Assembly (NCBI RefSeq): GCF_009914755.1
Contig: NC_060947.1
Origin: the human T2T-CHM13v2.0 reference genome, Homo sapiens
Reading direction: 5' to 3' (one strand)
DNA length: 64,000 nucleotides
Positions 1-12,477 of this stretch are shown in pieces. The position numbers and the translations under genes are program-made. Position 1 is the first letter of the stretch. Every line of letters starts with the position of its first letter. The notes below the pieces were generated by a model. It saw nothing but the letters and a program-made list of their open reading frames with translations. It searched no databases and was not told the DNA's origin.

Positions 1-1949
1 ATTATATTTATATATAATATATAATATATATTTTATTATATATAGTATAAAATAGATACATATTTTATTATATATTTTGTATATATAATATACATTATAT
101 TTTATATATAATACACATTATATTTTATATTTAATATACATTATATTTATATATAGTATACATTATATTTTATATATAGTATACATTATATTATATATTA
201 TATATTATATATAATATATAAGTATATATTATATATATTATATACATATATATTATATATAATATATACAAATATATTATATCATATATACATATATATG
301 ATATAATATATATATTATATACATATATTATATAATATATACATATATTATATATTATATATACAATATTACATTATATATTATATATACAATATACATT
401 ATAGATTATATATACAATATACATTATAGATTATATATACAATATACATTATATATTATATATATAATATACATTATATTATATATATAATATACATTAC
501 ATTTTATATATAATATACATTACATTTTATATATATAATATACATTACATTTTATATATAATATACAGTACATTTTATATATATAATATACAGTACATTT
601 TATATATAATATACATTACATTTTATATATATCATATACATTACATTTTATATATAATATACAGTATATTTTATATATATAATATACAGTGCATTTTATA
701 TATATAATATACATTATATTCTATATACTATACATTACATTCTATATAATATACATTATGTTCTATATAATATATATTATATTTTATATATATTATATTT
801 AATATATATTATATATTATATTTTATATGTATTGTATATTATATATATTTTATTATATTATATATAAAATATATATGATGTATATTATGTTATATTTTAC
901 ATATAATATAGATTATATATTTTGTAGATATAATATATAATATATATTATATGTTTTATATAGAATATATGATATATATTATATTATGTTTTATATGTAT
1001 AATATATAATATATATTATATTATATTTTATATATAATATATATTATATGTTTTATACATATAATATATATTTTATATATATTACATTTTATATATGTTA
1101 TAATATATATTATATTATATATAATATAAATTATATTTTATATATAATATATTATATACTATATTTTATATATAATATATTATATACTGTTTCATATATA
1201 ATATATAATATACTATATTTCGTCTATAATATATAATGTACTATATTTTATATATAATATATAATATACTATATATTATATATAGTATATAGTATATTAT
1301 GTTTTATATTTTGTATACTATATATTATATTTTATATTTTATATACAATATATTTCATATTATATATTTTAAATATAATATATTTCATATGATATATTTT
1401 ATATATAATATATTTTATATGATATATTTTACATGTAATATATTTTATATGATATATTTTTTATATATTTTATATGATATATTTTATATATAATATATTT
1501 TATATGATAAATTTTATATATAATATATTTCATATGATATATTTTATATATAATATATTTCATATGATATATTTTATATATAATATATTTCATATGGTAT
1601 ATTTTATATATAATATATGTTATATTTTATATATTATATATTTTATTTTGTAATATATATTATATATTTTATTTTATACATAATATGTATCATGTATTTT
1701 ATTTTATATATAATATATAATGTATTTTATTTTATATTTATATACATTTATATATTATATACAAAATATATATATTATTTTGTATACATATAGCGTGTAT
1801 ATATTATATACAAAATATATAATATATATTTTGTATATAATTTATATATAAATATATATTATATTATCTATAAAAACTATATAGAATATTATATAAATAT
1901 GATATAAAATTATATAAATGTTATATATTTATATAAATATATATAAAAG
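1..1949. repeat. Long structured (TA)-rich low-complexity/minisatellite array, truncated by the window start
   Basis: Almost purely A/T. Sub-arrays include a ~23-25 bp unit tatataatatacattacatttta (~480-720) and a ~30 bp unit atatattttatatataatatatttcatatg (~1490-1620). Confidence 0.97.
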
Positions 1950-1993
1950 TGTAGGACTTTGCCTTGTGAGTGTGTGAGCCAAGTCTCCCTAAT

Positions 1994-2522
1994 TATATAT
2001 TTATGAAAGGAAGTTTATTAGGGAGACTTGGCTCACACACTCACAAGGCAAAGTTCTACAATAGGCTGTCTGCAAGCTAAGGAAGATAGCAGCCAGCAGT
2101 GGCTCAGTACAAGTCTGAAATCCTCAAAAGCAGGGAAGTCGACAGTGCAACCTTCGGTCTCTGGCCAAAGGCTTGAGAGCCACTGGCAAACCACTGGTGT
2201 AAGTCCAAGAGTCCAAAGGCCAAAGATATCCAAGACGTCTGATATCCAAGGGCAGGAGGAGTGGAAGGGATATCCAGCAATGGAGAAAGAGTCTCAGGAA
2301 GCAAGTTTATCCCATCTACCAACTGCTTTGTTTTTGCTGCCCTGGTAACAGATTGGATGGTGGCCACCCAAATTGAGGGTGGGTCTTCCTCCCTCAGTTC
2401 ACTGACTCAAATGTCAATCTCCTCTGGCAACATTCTCATAGACACACCCATAAATAATACTTTATCAGCCATCTAGCCATCCTTTAACACAATCAAGTTG
2501 ACACCTAATATTAACCATTACA
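1994..2522 (-). mobile_element. MLT2B-like ERVL LTR
   Basis: Ends caatcaagttgacacctaatattaaccattaca, the reverse complement of the MLT2 start TGTGATGGTTAA. Contains typical MLT2 body sequence (ataggctgtctgcaagct, ctgactcaaatgtcaatctcctctggcaaca). Confidence 0.9.
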
Positions 2523-3470
2523 GAGCTTATGCCCAGGCAAAAGTGAGGCAGCATAAGAGAGAGAGAATTATCTGGCTGACTCCTCAGAGGGATTTGGAAA
2601 GAAAGTTTTAAAGGGGCTACAGTGGGAAAGGAGTGATATTTAGGCATATAGATGTGGGGAATTTTTAACACCTGCAGTTTGTTAGCATGCTTCTTCATGT
2701 ATTGCATGTCTTATTAGCATGTTAAATCTCTAACCTTGGGTGTGATTTTTAATTAAGGTAAGGTTAAGGATTAGTTATTTTACTGGCCTTATGCACAAGC
2801 AGGAAATAGAGTTAACTTCTGTTGCAGGAATCGGGAGACTGGATAGACCAATGGGTGGAACAGGAGGATTTTATTAGGTGGCCACTGACTCAGCAGATTA
2901 ACATCCAAAGGCGAGCCCCAGATAAAGACAGGGCTTGACTTTTATACACACTTCTGAAAGGGGGTTGGCTAGTTTGAATGGTGCAGCGGGAATTTGAAAG
3001 CACAAAACCTGTGTGGCAGGCAAGCGGGCTTACAGAAGCAAAACAAAGGCAGTTAATTAAGTTGTGACAGGTCTTGCAACCCAAGCACAGCTTGTGACCT
3101 TGCAGCTGCACTGCAGGGAAAACAGGAACTTACAAAACTTGTAAAACACTGGTGTTTTTAGAAATAGTTGTGAGAAAGGAATTTGTTATTTTCTTTTCTT
3201 ATCCTCGCTCCGGGGAGGGGGTGTTGTTCAGAGTGTCTCTGGAGCTCATTCCTTTGGGCTCTGGCTTTACAGATAGTGTTATCAAGGCTCTGCCAGGGCC
3301 CTGCCTATTGCTGGCCTTGGAGGGAGTCAGCCAAGCACAGGAAAACTTGTTTTTTCCCTTTTTAACTTCTGCTTCACTTCCTTGAGTAAAATGTATGGTG
3401 AGAGCTGCACATTGTAGTTTCCTCAAGGCCTTGCAATCAGTGAGTATGGCACTTTAAGCAATATTGATGA
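2523..3470 (-). mobile_element. Older LTR-like relic split by the 2820-3376 LTR (family unresolved)
   Basis: LTR-like composition (catgtcttattagcatgttaaatctc...gggtgtg) that appears to continue across the 4-bp TSD of the younger LTR. Confidence 0.45.
2820..3376 (-). mobile_element. Solo LTR, ERV1 class (family not named)
   Basis: TG...CA termini with a perfect 4-bp TSD cttc (2816-2819 / 3377-3380). Minus-strand TATA box at 2940-2946 lies upstream of AATAAA at 2870-2875. Confidence 0.85.
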
Positions 3471-3476
3471 CGCAAA

Positions 3477-3977
3477 TGTTCCTGGATCCGTGAGGTCTGG
3501 CTGCTTGTTCTCATAGTCTAATAACGGGATGCAGACAGATTGGGAAAGAAGATTTATTTCTGCAACTGGTTACAGGGAGAAGGTCGGAGTAACTGACCAG
3601 ACCAACTCACAGTTGCAATTTATTTTAGCTTATATATATAATTGAAGCTTTTTGCTTGCCTGCAGGAGTGTTTCTTAATCAATCTAATCTTAACTAGGGG
3701 TCTGCAAGTAGGAAAGTTTATTAGATTTCTTCCTGAATGGACGAGTTTAAGAAAATCCAGGTAGGATTTTAATGAGTTTGTTTTACATTCTACCCCTTGT
3801 ACTTGCATTAGTTGCTCCAGTTCTTTAATGTTTAACTTATATATTCATCAGAATTACAGTAAAGTATTAGTAAAAACTGGCTGCTGTGTCTGCTAATGGA
3901 AATCTGGCGTGGCACACAAGGTCCGGGTGGTCTGGTTGGGATCCCTGCTTCCCAAAGGGCCCCCCTATCAGCTTTCA
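3477..3977 (-). mobile_element. ERV1 (MER4-group-like) solo LTR
   Basis: Starts tgtt; minus-strand AATAAA near 3554-3559; LTR-type U5/R sequence (ggttacagggagaaggtcggagtaact). No TSD resolved. Confidence 0.6.
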
Positions 3978-4129
3978 GTAGAAGTCCTTGGTGGGGCACA
4001 GGGGTGGCGAGTGCCAAGTTCCATAGCTAATCTCTCTCAATGGAAAGAATTAACAGAAATGTTTTACTGCCCCTTGCTCTGCTATGTATGTCTGTGTATA
4101 TGAGTATGCATTGGAAAGCAATATGTTTC

Positions 4130-4320
4130 AGGAAAGTAGAGTGGAAATTACAAGGTACAGATTCTATTGCTGCATCTACCAGTGTGCTATGTGATCTTGA
4201 GCAATCATTTATTCCTTCTGACTTAGTAATAAGCCGTTAGCAAAATAGCCATGATAATTACCTTCAGTTCCTACCTGAATTATTATGACAATTAAATGTA
4301 CTAACCGATATAAATATATT
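4130..4320 (+). mobile_element. MIR relic
   Basis: Degenerate MIR core (ctatgtgatcttgagcaatcattt...attattatgacaattaaatg). Confidence 0.55.
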
Positions 4321-4667
4321 TGCTAATTTGTCACATTTGTTACATTATTAGTAAAATGTGTAGTGTATACGCATTTTTATATTTTTTAAAGAAATAACTG
4401 GTTAAAGAAACAAAAAGTGATTAAATTGATAGCAATTTTTAGTATTTTATATTACTTTAATGTTTATTGACTAAGGCTACTTTTATATCAAAATAATATT
4501 TTTTAATATCAAGTATAAACTAGTTTTAAGTGCAGTGTGTCTATCCAAAAAGTCATTGCAATACACAGCATATCAAATTAAATTATTTTAAGCAATCTTC
4601 ACAGAAAAATCTCTGTTTTCTCTCATCTCTCTGCCACCTTTAACTGCAAATTTGAAATACTCATTAA

Positions 4668-4902
4668 TACAGCAAAGTGTTTAAGAGCAGGGACTCTCAA
4701 GTTTAAATCTTAGATCTGCAATTTACTAATCATGCAGCCTTTAGCAATTTTTATACCTTATATTTATTGCTAATTTTAAAAATGAGTATAATAATAGTAT
4801 CAACCTCACTGGATTATTGTGAATATTAATTTATAAATTTTAAAGAAAGCGTTTATAATTTTGCCTAGAACATATTGATAGCTCCATAAATGTTAACTAT
4901 TT
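4668..4902 (+). mobile_element. MIR SINE
   Basis: gtgtttaagagcagggactct...ataatagtatcaacctcactggattattgtgaatatt...gctccataaatgttaactatt follows the MIR consensus. Confidence 0.8.
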
Positions 4903-5339
4903 TACCATCACACTTTACCTTGCCTAAAATTCCTTTCTATGGTCAAGTAAAACCCTTCAAAAATATTAAATTCTATTTATCCTCAATTTCCAACATTTTG
5001 CTGTTCATAATGCTTCATTGAAATGCTAAGGAACATTCAATAGACTAGTACAATCTTTTACACTCACAATTCTTTCATCCTTTGTCATGCTCGAGAAAAA
5101 ACATGTAACTCAACAGGAAAGTGGTCTAAAGATCCTAAGGTAAAGAATAAATAAAAACCAAAGGCTGTGAGTAACTCTAGCATCTACCACTAAAAGAAGA
5201 TGCTTTTAACATTTGGTCACAAGAAAAACTTGTCTTCTACAGTAATAAATTTGAAGAAGAAAGCATGATGCTATATTTACTACTGATAACCATTTTTGAC
5301 CATATGAGGAACCAACCTTGGGGAAGATGGAAAGTGAAT

Positions 5340-5550
5340 TGTCTCTGGAGCTGGGCTTTGTGGGTTTGATTACTATGCTGCTGTGTGACTTTGGCAGATT
5401 ATATAGCTTCTCTGAACTTCAGTAGTTTTTGGTATACAATGTAAGGATAATAATGGTAGTTACATTGCAGTGAAAAAGAACAACATGTGTAAATAAATGT
5501 AATTTAGTAAAGTGCCCAACTTGTACTAAATACTAGTTACTATTAACATT
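5340..5550 (+). mobile_element. MIR SINE
   Basis: ctctggagctgggc...gctgtgtgactttggcagattatatagcttctctgaacttcagt. Confidence 0.75.
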
Positions 5551-5584
5551 ATTATTAGAATAAAGCCAATTCTATAGAAAGTAG

Positions 5585-5750
5585 TGGAGAAACAGAAAGA
5601 ACCTGAGTTCTAGATGACAATATCAAATCACTGACTCAATTAAATTGAAAACTACACACCGTCTGTACTCCTTGTCATGTGATATAGTAAATTACTTTAT
5701 TCTTCAAGTTAATTGAAGTGAAGGGTTTTACAAATCACAGCTGACAGGTA
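5585..5750 (+). mobile_element. Old MaLR LTR 3' fragment (MLT1J/K-like)
   Basis: aacctgagttctagatgacaatatc...cttgtcatgtgatatagtaaattactttattcttcaagt...cacagctga. Confidence 0.55.
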
Positions 5751-6519
5751 TGTGTGTGTATACAGATATATATCCCTTTTAAATTTAAATGAGAATGTTT
5801 AAAAATATGTTTCACATCTTTTTTATCTTTTTAACATAATAATGTATCTTTAATTTCTTTTTGATCATTACAGCTATATTTACCCCATTCTCTTTAACAG
5901 TCACATACCATTCCATTGTATGGTAATACCAAAATGTATATGTATTAGTTTTCTATTGTGTAAAAAAATCTCAGAAATTCAGCAGCTTAAAACAACACAC
6001 ATTTATTGTCTTAAATTTTCTGTAGATCAGAATTTCAGATACGGATTAGTCAATTCTTTCCCACAAGCCCTAAAAAAAAGCTAAAATCAAGGTACCAGTC
6101 AAGTCTGCGATCTCACCTGGAACTTGAGATTCTCTTCCAAGCTTGGAGTTTTGTGTTTTTTTGTTAAGATGGCAGTCATTTTGGTATTTTTAAAAAAGTA
6201 ACAAAAGCAGTATATAAACTATAGAAAAATCTATATACAGTTGGAAACACTTTTTGAAGTAAGAAAAGTAAAACATTATATTCCCACAACCCAGAGATCA
6301 CAAATAATAATACTTTAGTGGGTATCTGCTTATCTATTGACATATATATTTCCTTTTATACATATCTATGCATTTTTAATCAAAATGTAATCACACTGTT
6401 TATATCGCTTTGTAACATGCTACAATATTTCCCCCCTCGTTAACACTCTCTGTCTTCCCAAAGCAATAAAATGTAATCTCCTCTGGTACCCATTCTTGCT
6501 TCAAATCCTTAGTCCACTC

Positions 6520-7048
6520 AAAAATGAACCTCCATATGTGTTTAGCTATTTGGAAGCTCTCCATACCTCATTCTTTTAGGCCTTTATGGGGACTTCATTG
6601 GAAAGGCATGATTAAAGCATAAACAACTGTGTAGAAATGTGATTGGACAAAAAGGGTATAATCTAATACTAACAGGCTGAGTGGGAAAAAGTCACAAGAT
6701 CTGTCTATTCTGATCCCTCTTGTCCTCTCTGTGCATCGTTTTTTCATCTAGGGTTTGAGACAAGACCTCTTCTGAAATGAGAGTCATATGACTTACAATT
6801 AGACAAGGTGGGTTGGAGAATTTCTTTATGCCCACCTCCAAGACAGAAAGGCAGAGGAAAATTTCTGCCTTGGGAAGAAAAAGTAGCAGATGAAAAAAGG
6901 GCAGGATAAGAACAAAAAGAAAGAGATTCTGTTTTCTGAGGCCTGCTTGTGAGGGCTAAAGCAATACAACAATTATAGCAGGGGCTATGGGAGTTATGAG
7001 CTACAAACCATGGATTAAAACAAATATACATATGTCATAATATCCCAG
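6520..7048 (-). mobile_element. MER77/MER21-family LTR (partial)
   Basis: gaagctctcc...tttatggggacttcattgg and gggctatgggagttatgagc...cataatatccca end. Confidence 0.7.
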
Positions 7049-7814
7049 TCGCCTTTTATGTCTCATTTTTACCCCATAACATCATGTTTCAAGGTTTGTC
7101 TGAGTTGTAGATGTATCTGCACCTAACTCCTTTTAATGACTGAATGCATTTCATTAAATGTCATATTTTGTTTATTCATTCATCTATGGAAATTTGTGTT
7201 TTCTCCATTTTTTGAATATTGTGAATAATGCTGCTATAAACATTAATGTATGAGTTTTGTTGTAGACATATGTTTGCAATTCTCTTAGATATATAACAAA
7301 AAGTAAAATTGCTGTGTCATATGGTAACCATATGCAAAACCTTTTGAGAAACTGAAACCCTGTATTTCCCTACACAGTGGCTTTCCCATTTTATCTTGCC
7401 ATCAACAATTTATGAGTGCCCTCCTATACATCCTTGCCAGTGCTTGTCATTTATCTTTCTATTATTATTTTTGTTATTGTTATTATTATTGCCATCTAGT
7501 ATGTGTAAAGTAGATTCTGATAATGGTTTTGATTTGCATTTTCCTGATGACTAACAATGTTGAGAATATTTCATGTGTTTATTTGACATTTTTATATCTT
7601 CTTGGAAAAGTGTCATTTAAATTATGTGTCTGCTTTTATTGTGTTATTTCTCTTTTTTATTTTTAAAAAGTATTCATATATTCTGGATACAGGTTCCTTG
7701 TCAGATCTATGATTTCCAAATATTTTCTCCCATTCTGTGATTAGTTTTTGTTTTTGGGTTTTGGGTTTCTTTTACTTTATTGACAGTATCCTTAGAAACA
7801 TAAAAGGCTTTATT

Positions 7815-8151
<337 letters not shown>

Positions 8152-9376
8152 TTATTGTTTTATTATTTGTATGTTTAGTATCGTATCTAAGAAAATTTTG
8201 CCAAATGAAAGATCATAAAGGGTTACATACATGTTTCATAGTTTTATTTCTTACATTTCTTGCTTTGACCTATTTTGAGGTAAAATTTTATATGCTGAAA
8301 GAGTCCAACATCAATTGTTCAAAATAGTAATCGAATTGTGTTTACACACTTTTTAAAAATCAATTGACTATAGCAATCTAGATTTATTTCTGAAATCTCA
8401 ATTTTATTCAATTTATATGTATGCATGTTCTTGTCCCAGCACCTCACTGCCTTTACTTCTGTATCTTTGAAGTAAGTTTTGATATTGAAAACGTGAGTAC
8501 TTCAAATTTGTTGTTCTGATGTAAAATGGTTTGGACTAGTTGAGTTCCTTAAATTTCTATATGAATTTTAGGGCTATCTTGTCAATTTGTGCAAAAATGC
8601 TATTAAAATTTTAATAGGCTTCAAATAGAATCTATAATTACCTTAGACAGTGTTTGCCATTTTAATAATATTAAATCTTCTAATCTATTAACACAATAAT
8701 GTTTTTCTTTTTATTTAGCCTTTAAATTCTTTTCATGATATTTTGCAGTTTTTAATATAAGAGTTTTAAAGTTGTTTAATTAATTTTTTCTTAAGTATTT
8801 TATCTTTGTGATGTTATTGTTAATAAAATTGTTTTTGTAATTGTGTTTTCCAATTAATTGCTACAGTACAGAAATATGATTGATTTTTGAAGACTCTCAA
8901 AACTATTTATTAGCTCTAATAGTAGATTCTTTATAATTTTTCATTTATGAGATGTCATCTGAATAGAGACTGAGTTACTTCTGTCTTTCCAATCTAGATG
9001 CATATTATTTATTTCTTTTTTTCTTTGCCTAAATGATTCAACTAGAGCCTTAAATTAAAAAAAAAAAAAGAGTTGATATCCTTGTCTTTTTCTTCATCTT
9101 AAGGGTGAAAGCTTTTAGTCTTTTACCAGTAAGTATGATGTTGTTAACTATGGATTTTTCATAGATGCCCTTTATTGGATTGAGGAAGATCCTGTCTATT
9201 TCTACCTTCTTGTTTGCTTTTATAATGATGGGTGTTTAATTCTGTCAGAAATTTTCATATATATAGATATAATAATGTAATTTTTCCTTTTTTCTATTAA
9301 TATGTTGTATTATTTTGACTAATTTTCTTATGATGAATCATAAGTGCAATCCTGGAATAAATCACCCTTACTTGTG

Positions 9377-10050
9377 TTTTATTGGTAGTGAAACCGTACG
9401 GGTCGGCAGCAACCTCAATTCTTGCCTCCTCAGAAGAAAGAATTCAACTGAGAGGCATAAGGCAGAAGGAGAGACTGAGGCAAGTTTTAGAGCAGGAGTG
9501 AAAGTTTAATAAAAAGTTCTAGAGAAGGAACAAAAGGAAGCAAAGTGCACTTGGAAGAGGGCCAAGTGGGTGACTTGAAGGACATATGCCCTGTTTGGCC
9601 TTGGACTTAGGGTTTTATATGCTGGCCTATTTTAGGAATCTTGTGTCCCTTTTCCCTGGATTCTTCCCTTGGGGCGGGCTGCCCACATGCACAGCGTGTT
9701 TATTGGAGTTGTACACATGTTCACTTGAGGCATTCTTCCCTTTGCTAGTGGAATGCCCCCAGAAGGTTATATACCAGTTAAACTCCACCATTTTGCCTCT
9801 TAATGTGCATGCTTGACCTCTCTCACCTAACTCCTGAGATCTTACTGGGAAGCTGTTGATTATAGTTACAGGTGTTTTTACCTATTGGGAAAATGCCTTT
9901 CCCTTCTGCTGGCTGCAACCAATTATTATTTTAGAGAGGCAGTTAACAACTGCCTGACCATCACCTAATGGTTACCTGACTTTGCTAGTGGGGTGTCTGG
10001 GGAGGCTCTCTCCTGTTCTGCTCATGCCTGACTAGCTATCTACTGTAATA
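9377..10050 (-). mobile_element. MER50 solo LTR (ERV1)
   Basis: Reverse complement begins tattacagtagatagctagtcaggcatgagcag, matching the MER50 start. TSD tgtg at 9373-9376 / 10051-10054. Confidence 0.85.
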
Positions 10051-11199
10051 TGTGGTGTTCAGTCATTTTTATAGGCTGCTCAAATTGTTTTGCTAGCATA
10101 TTGTTGAGGATTTTGTGTCTTTATTCATAAAGTATATTTTCTTATGACTTCCTGGTTTTGGTGTCAAGGAATGTAATACTAGCCACGTAGAATAATTCAT
10201 CTCAAAATATTTTCTAGTTCTGTTGTATTTTCATTGACTCATTGGTTATTTGGTAGTGTGCTGTTTATTTTTCACAAATTGGTGAATTTACATTTTTCTT
10301 TTTTTAAAAAAAATCTACCTTTATTCCATTTTCAATGAAGAATACACTTCATATTATTTAAATCTGTATGCCTCTTGGAACATGTCTTCAACACTCAAGC
10401 AATGACAATTCTGCTTCAGTCTTTACTTCCTGTTTATGCAGAGCCTCAGGATCTATCAGAGTTGACAGCTTAAAGCCTTCTCAGGTCACTTCTGAGCATG
10501 TGTACTGACCTGGGTATTTATATAGCTTTCTATGTATGTGCCCTTCTAGCTTCCCAGAAATATGTCAGAACTTCCCAAAATACTTACAGACACCTTATTC
10601 TGCAACTTTTAATTTTAAGCTTTTGGTTAGTGTATTTGATTCAATTTTTATCTAGTACCTCAGGCGTCCATGAAATTAAACAATTGCCTGCAATAATTGT
10701 TAACAAATGCTCCCAGGAAGGAGACTGCTCAAGTTGGGCAAGCTCTAAGTTAGGTCAAATGCACACAATATTCTTAGTGAGGTCTTCCATGGAACTAAGA
10801 CAGAGACCAACTAATGACCATCCTCTGGGAATGGGGTTTTGCAGAAGCTTCAGTGTCATTTTTATTTTTTGGTTTCTGCCTGGCTACTGGTCTTCATTGG
10901 AAATATGGGCTGTTAGTTTTCAGTTAAACTGCAGAGCTAGAGAGCAGGAGATTGGACCAAGGCAAGTTAAAACACCACAAAGATCAATATTATTAAATTT
11001 TTTTTGAATAAAACATCTGAGGATTTTTTTTTGTAATTTCTATCATTCTGAAAAACTTGGTTCTGACAATAGTTGCCAGTTTTCTATTTGTTTTTAAGAA
11101 GAAAAGACATTTTGGAGGTTCTTACCATTTCTACTGAGTTATTTTCATTGATTGTTGGAAAAATTTAATTTTCTGTACTCATATCACTAATATTTCCAC

Positions 11200-11380
11200 T
11201 TTCTTTTTTCTTTCTTTTTCTTTTTTTTTTTTTTTTAGACAGTCTTGGTCTGTCACCCAGGCTAGAGTACAGTGGTATGATCTCAGGGGACTGCAACCTC
11301 CACCTCCCAGACTCAAGTGATCCTCCCACCTCATCCTCCCAAAGCGTTGAAATTACAGGAAAGATCCGTGGTGCCTTGCC
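11200..11380 (-). mobile_element. Monomer-length old Alu (FRAM or collapsed AluJ)
   Basis: T-rich tail followed by a single Alu arm of ~145 bp. Confidence 0.85.
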
Positions 11381-11919
11381 TTCCATTGTTTTACTGGATA
11401 CTAACCAGAAACAATTCTAGGGACCTAGCCACTTTTTGCCACATCATCCTCTCCACATCCTGGGCATTTGCACATTTAAGATAAACAAGAGTATCCCTCT
11501 TGTGCTTTGACACTCTTCTTTTTCAAAAAGACACAGTCCTTTTTAAGGGCTTGATTGATTAGGTGAGGCCCACCAGGATAATCTTTATTTTGATTAATTC
11601 CTACTCAACTAATTAGGAACCTAATAATAGGGTTGATATTTAATTGTATTCACAGATTTCATATGTATTCAAAAGGAAGGAATTATATAAAGGATCATGA
11701 AGTGAGAATGTAGTGGAAATGCACATTAGAATCCTGCTTACCCCAGTATTTAATAATAGTGATTAAAGTGTTTATATTATAATATATAATAAATAATAAT
11801 TTATAGAAATTAATATATTATTTATTTACTTAATAAACATTCCTAGATGTGAAATGGCTGCATCAACAAAGATGTATATTCTAATTTGGGGAGATATTGC
11901 CAAAATGCTCTGAAAAGTG

Positions 11920-12235
11920 GTTTTTCTTGGTTAATTTCATGTTGTTAATACAGAATACCACATGCTTGATTATTTACAAATAAATTTATTTCACACAGTT
12001 CTGGAAGCTAAGTCTAATATCAAAGTGATTGCATCTGGTGAGGGCCTTCTTCCAAAGTCATCCCACAGCAGAAGTTGAGAGGGTGACAGAGGAAGAGAGA
12101 CAGAAAGATTGAACTCACATCCTCAAGCCCTTTTATCATCAGCATTAATTTATTTATGAGAGTGCAGCCTTCATGGCCTAATTATCTCTCAAAGGTCTCA
12201 CCTCTTAATATATTGTTGCATTGAAGATTAAATTA
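11920..12235 (-). mobile_element. MST/MLT1A-type MaLR LTR (truncated)
   Basis: cagaataccaca...cagttctggaagctaagtctaatatcaa...gcatctggtgagggccttctt. Confidence 0.75.
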
Positions 12236-12477
12236 AAAAATGTTTTAATTAAAAAATTAAACCATAATTAAACCATAATTAAATAAAATTAAAGCATATA
12301 ATGCTTGATCCAATTAATAATATTATCACAAATAATAATTGTAGCTCACCTTTATTGAGTGCTTATTTTGTGCCAGGCAGGTTCCTAATAGCTTTACATA
12401 TTTTCTCATGCTTAATGTTTCAAATCTTAAAGTTTTAGTATGAGAGTAAGTGAGAATCTAATTTTAACTTTTGCATG

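Noticed and set aside
1048-1493. Y/I/F/N-rich ORFs of 62 and 64 aa
   Set aside because: Translations of the TA array; a low-complexity artefact. The same applies to 29562-29762.
480-1620. Periodic 23-30 bp units as a CRISPR-like array
   Set aside because: Head-to-tail minisatellite with no unique spacers and no cas genes, in a eukaryotic context.
10498-11007. 169-aa ORF
   Set aside because: Lies antisense within the 5' region of a decayed L1 and has no recognisable domain.
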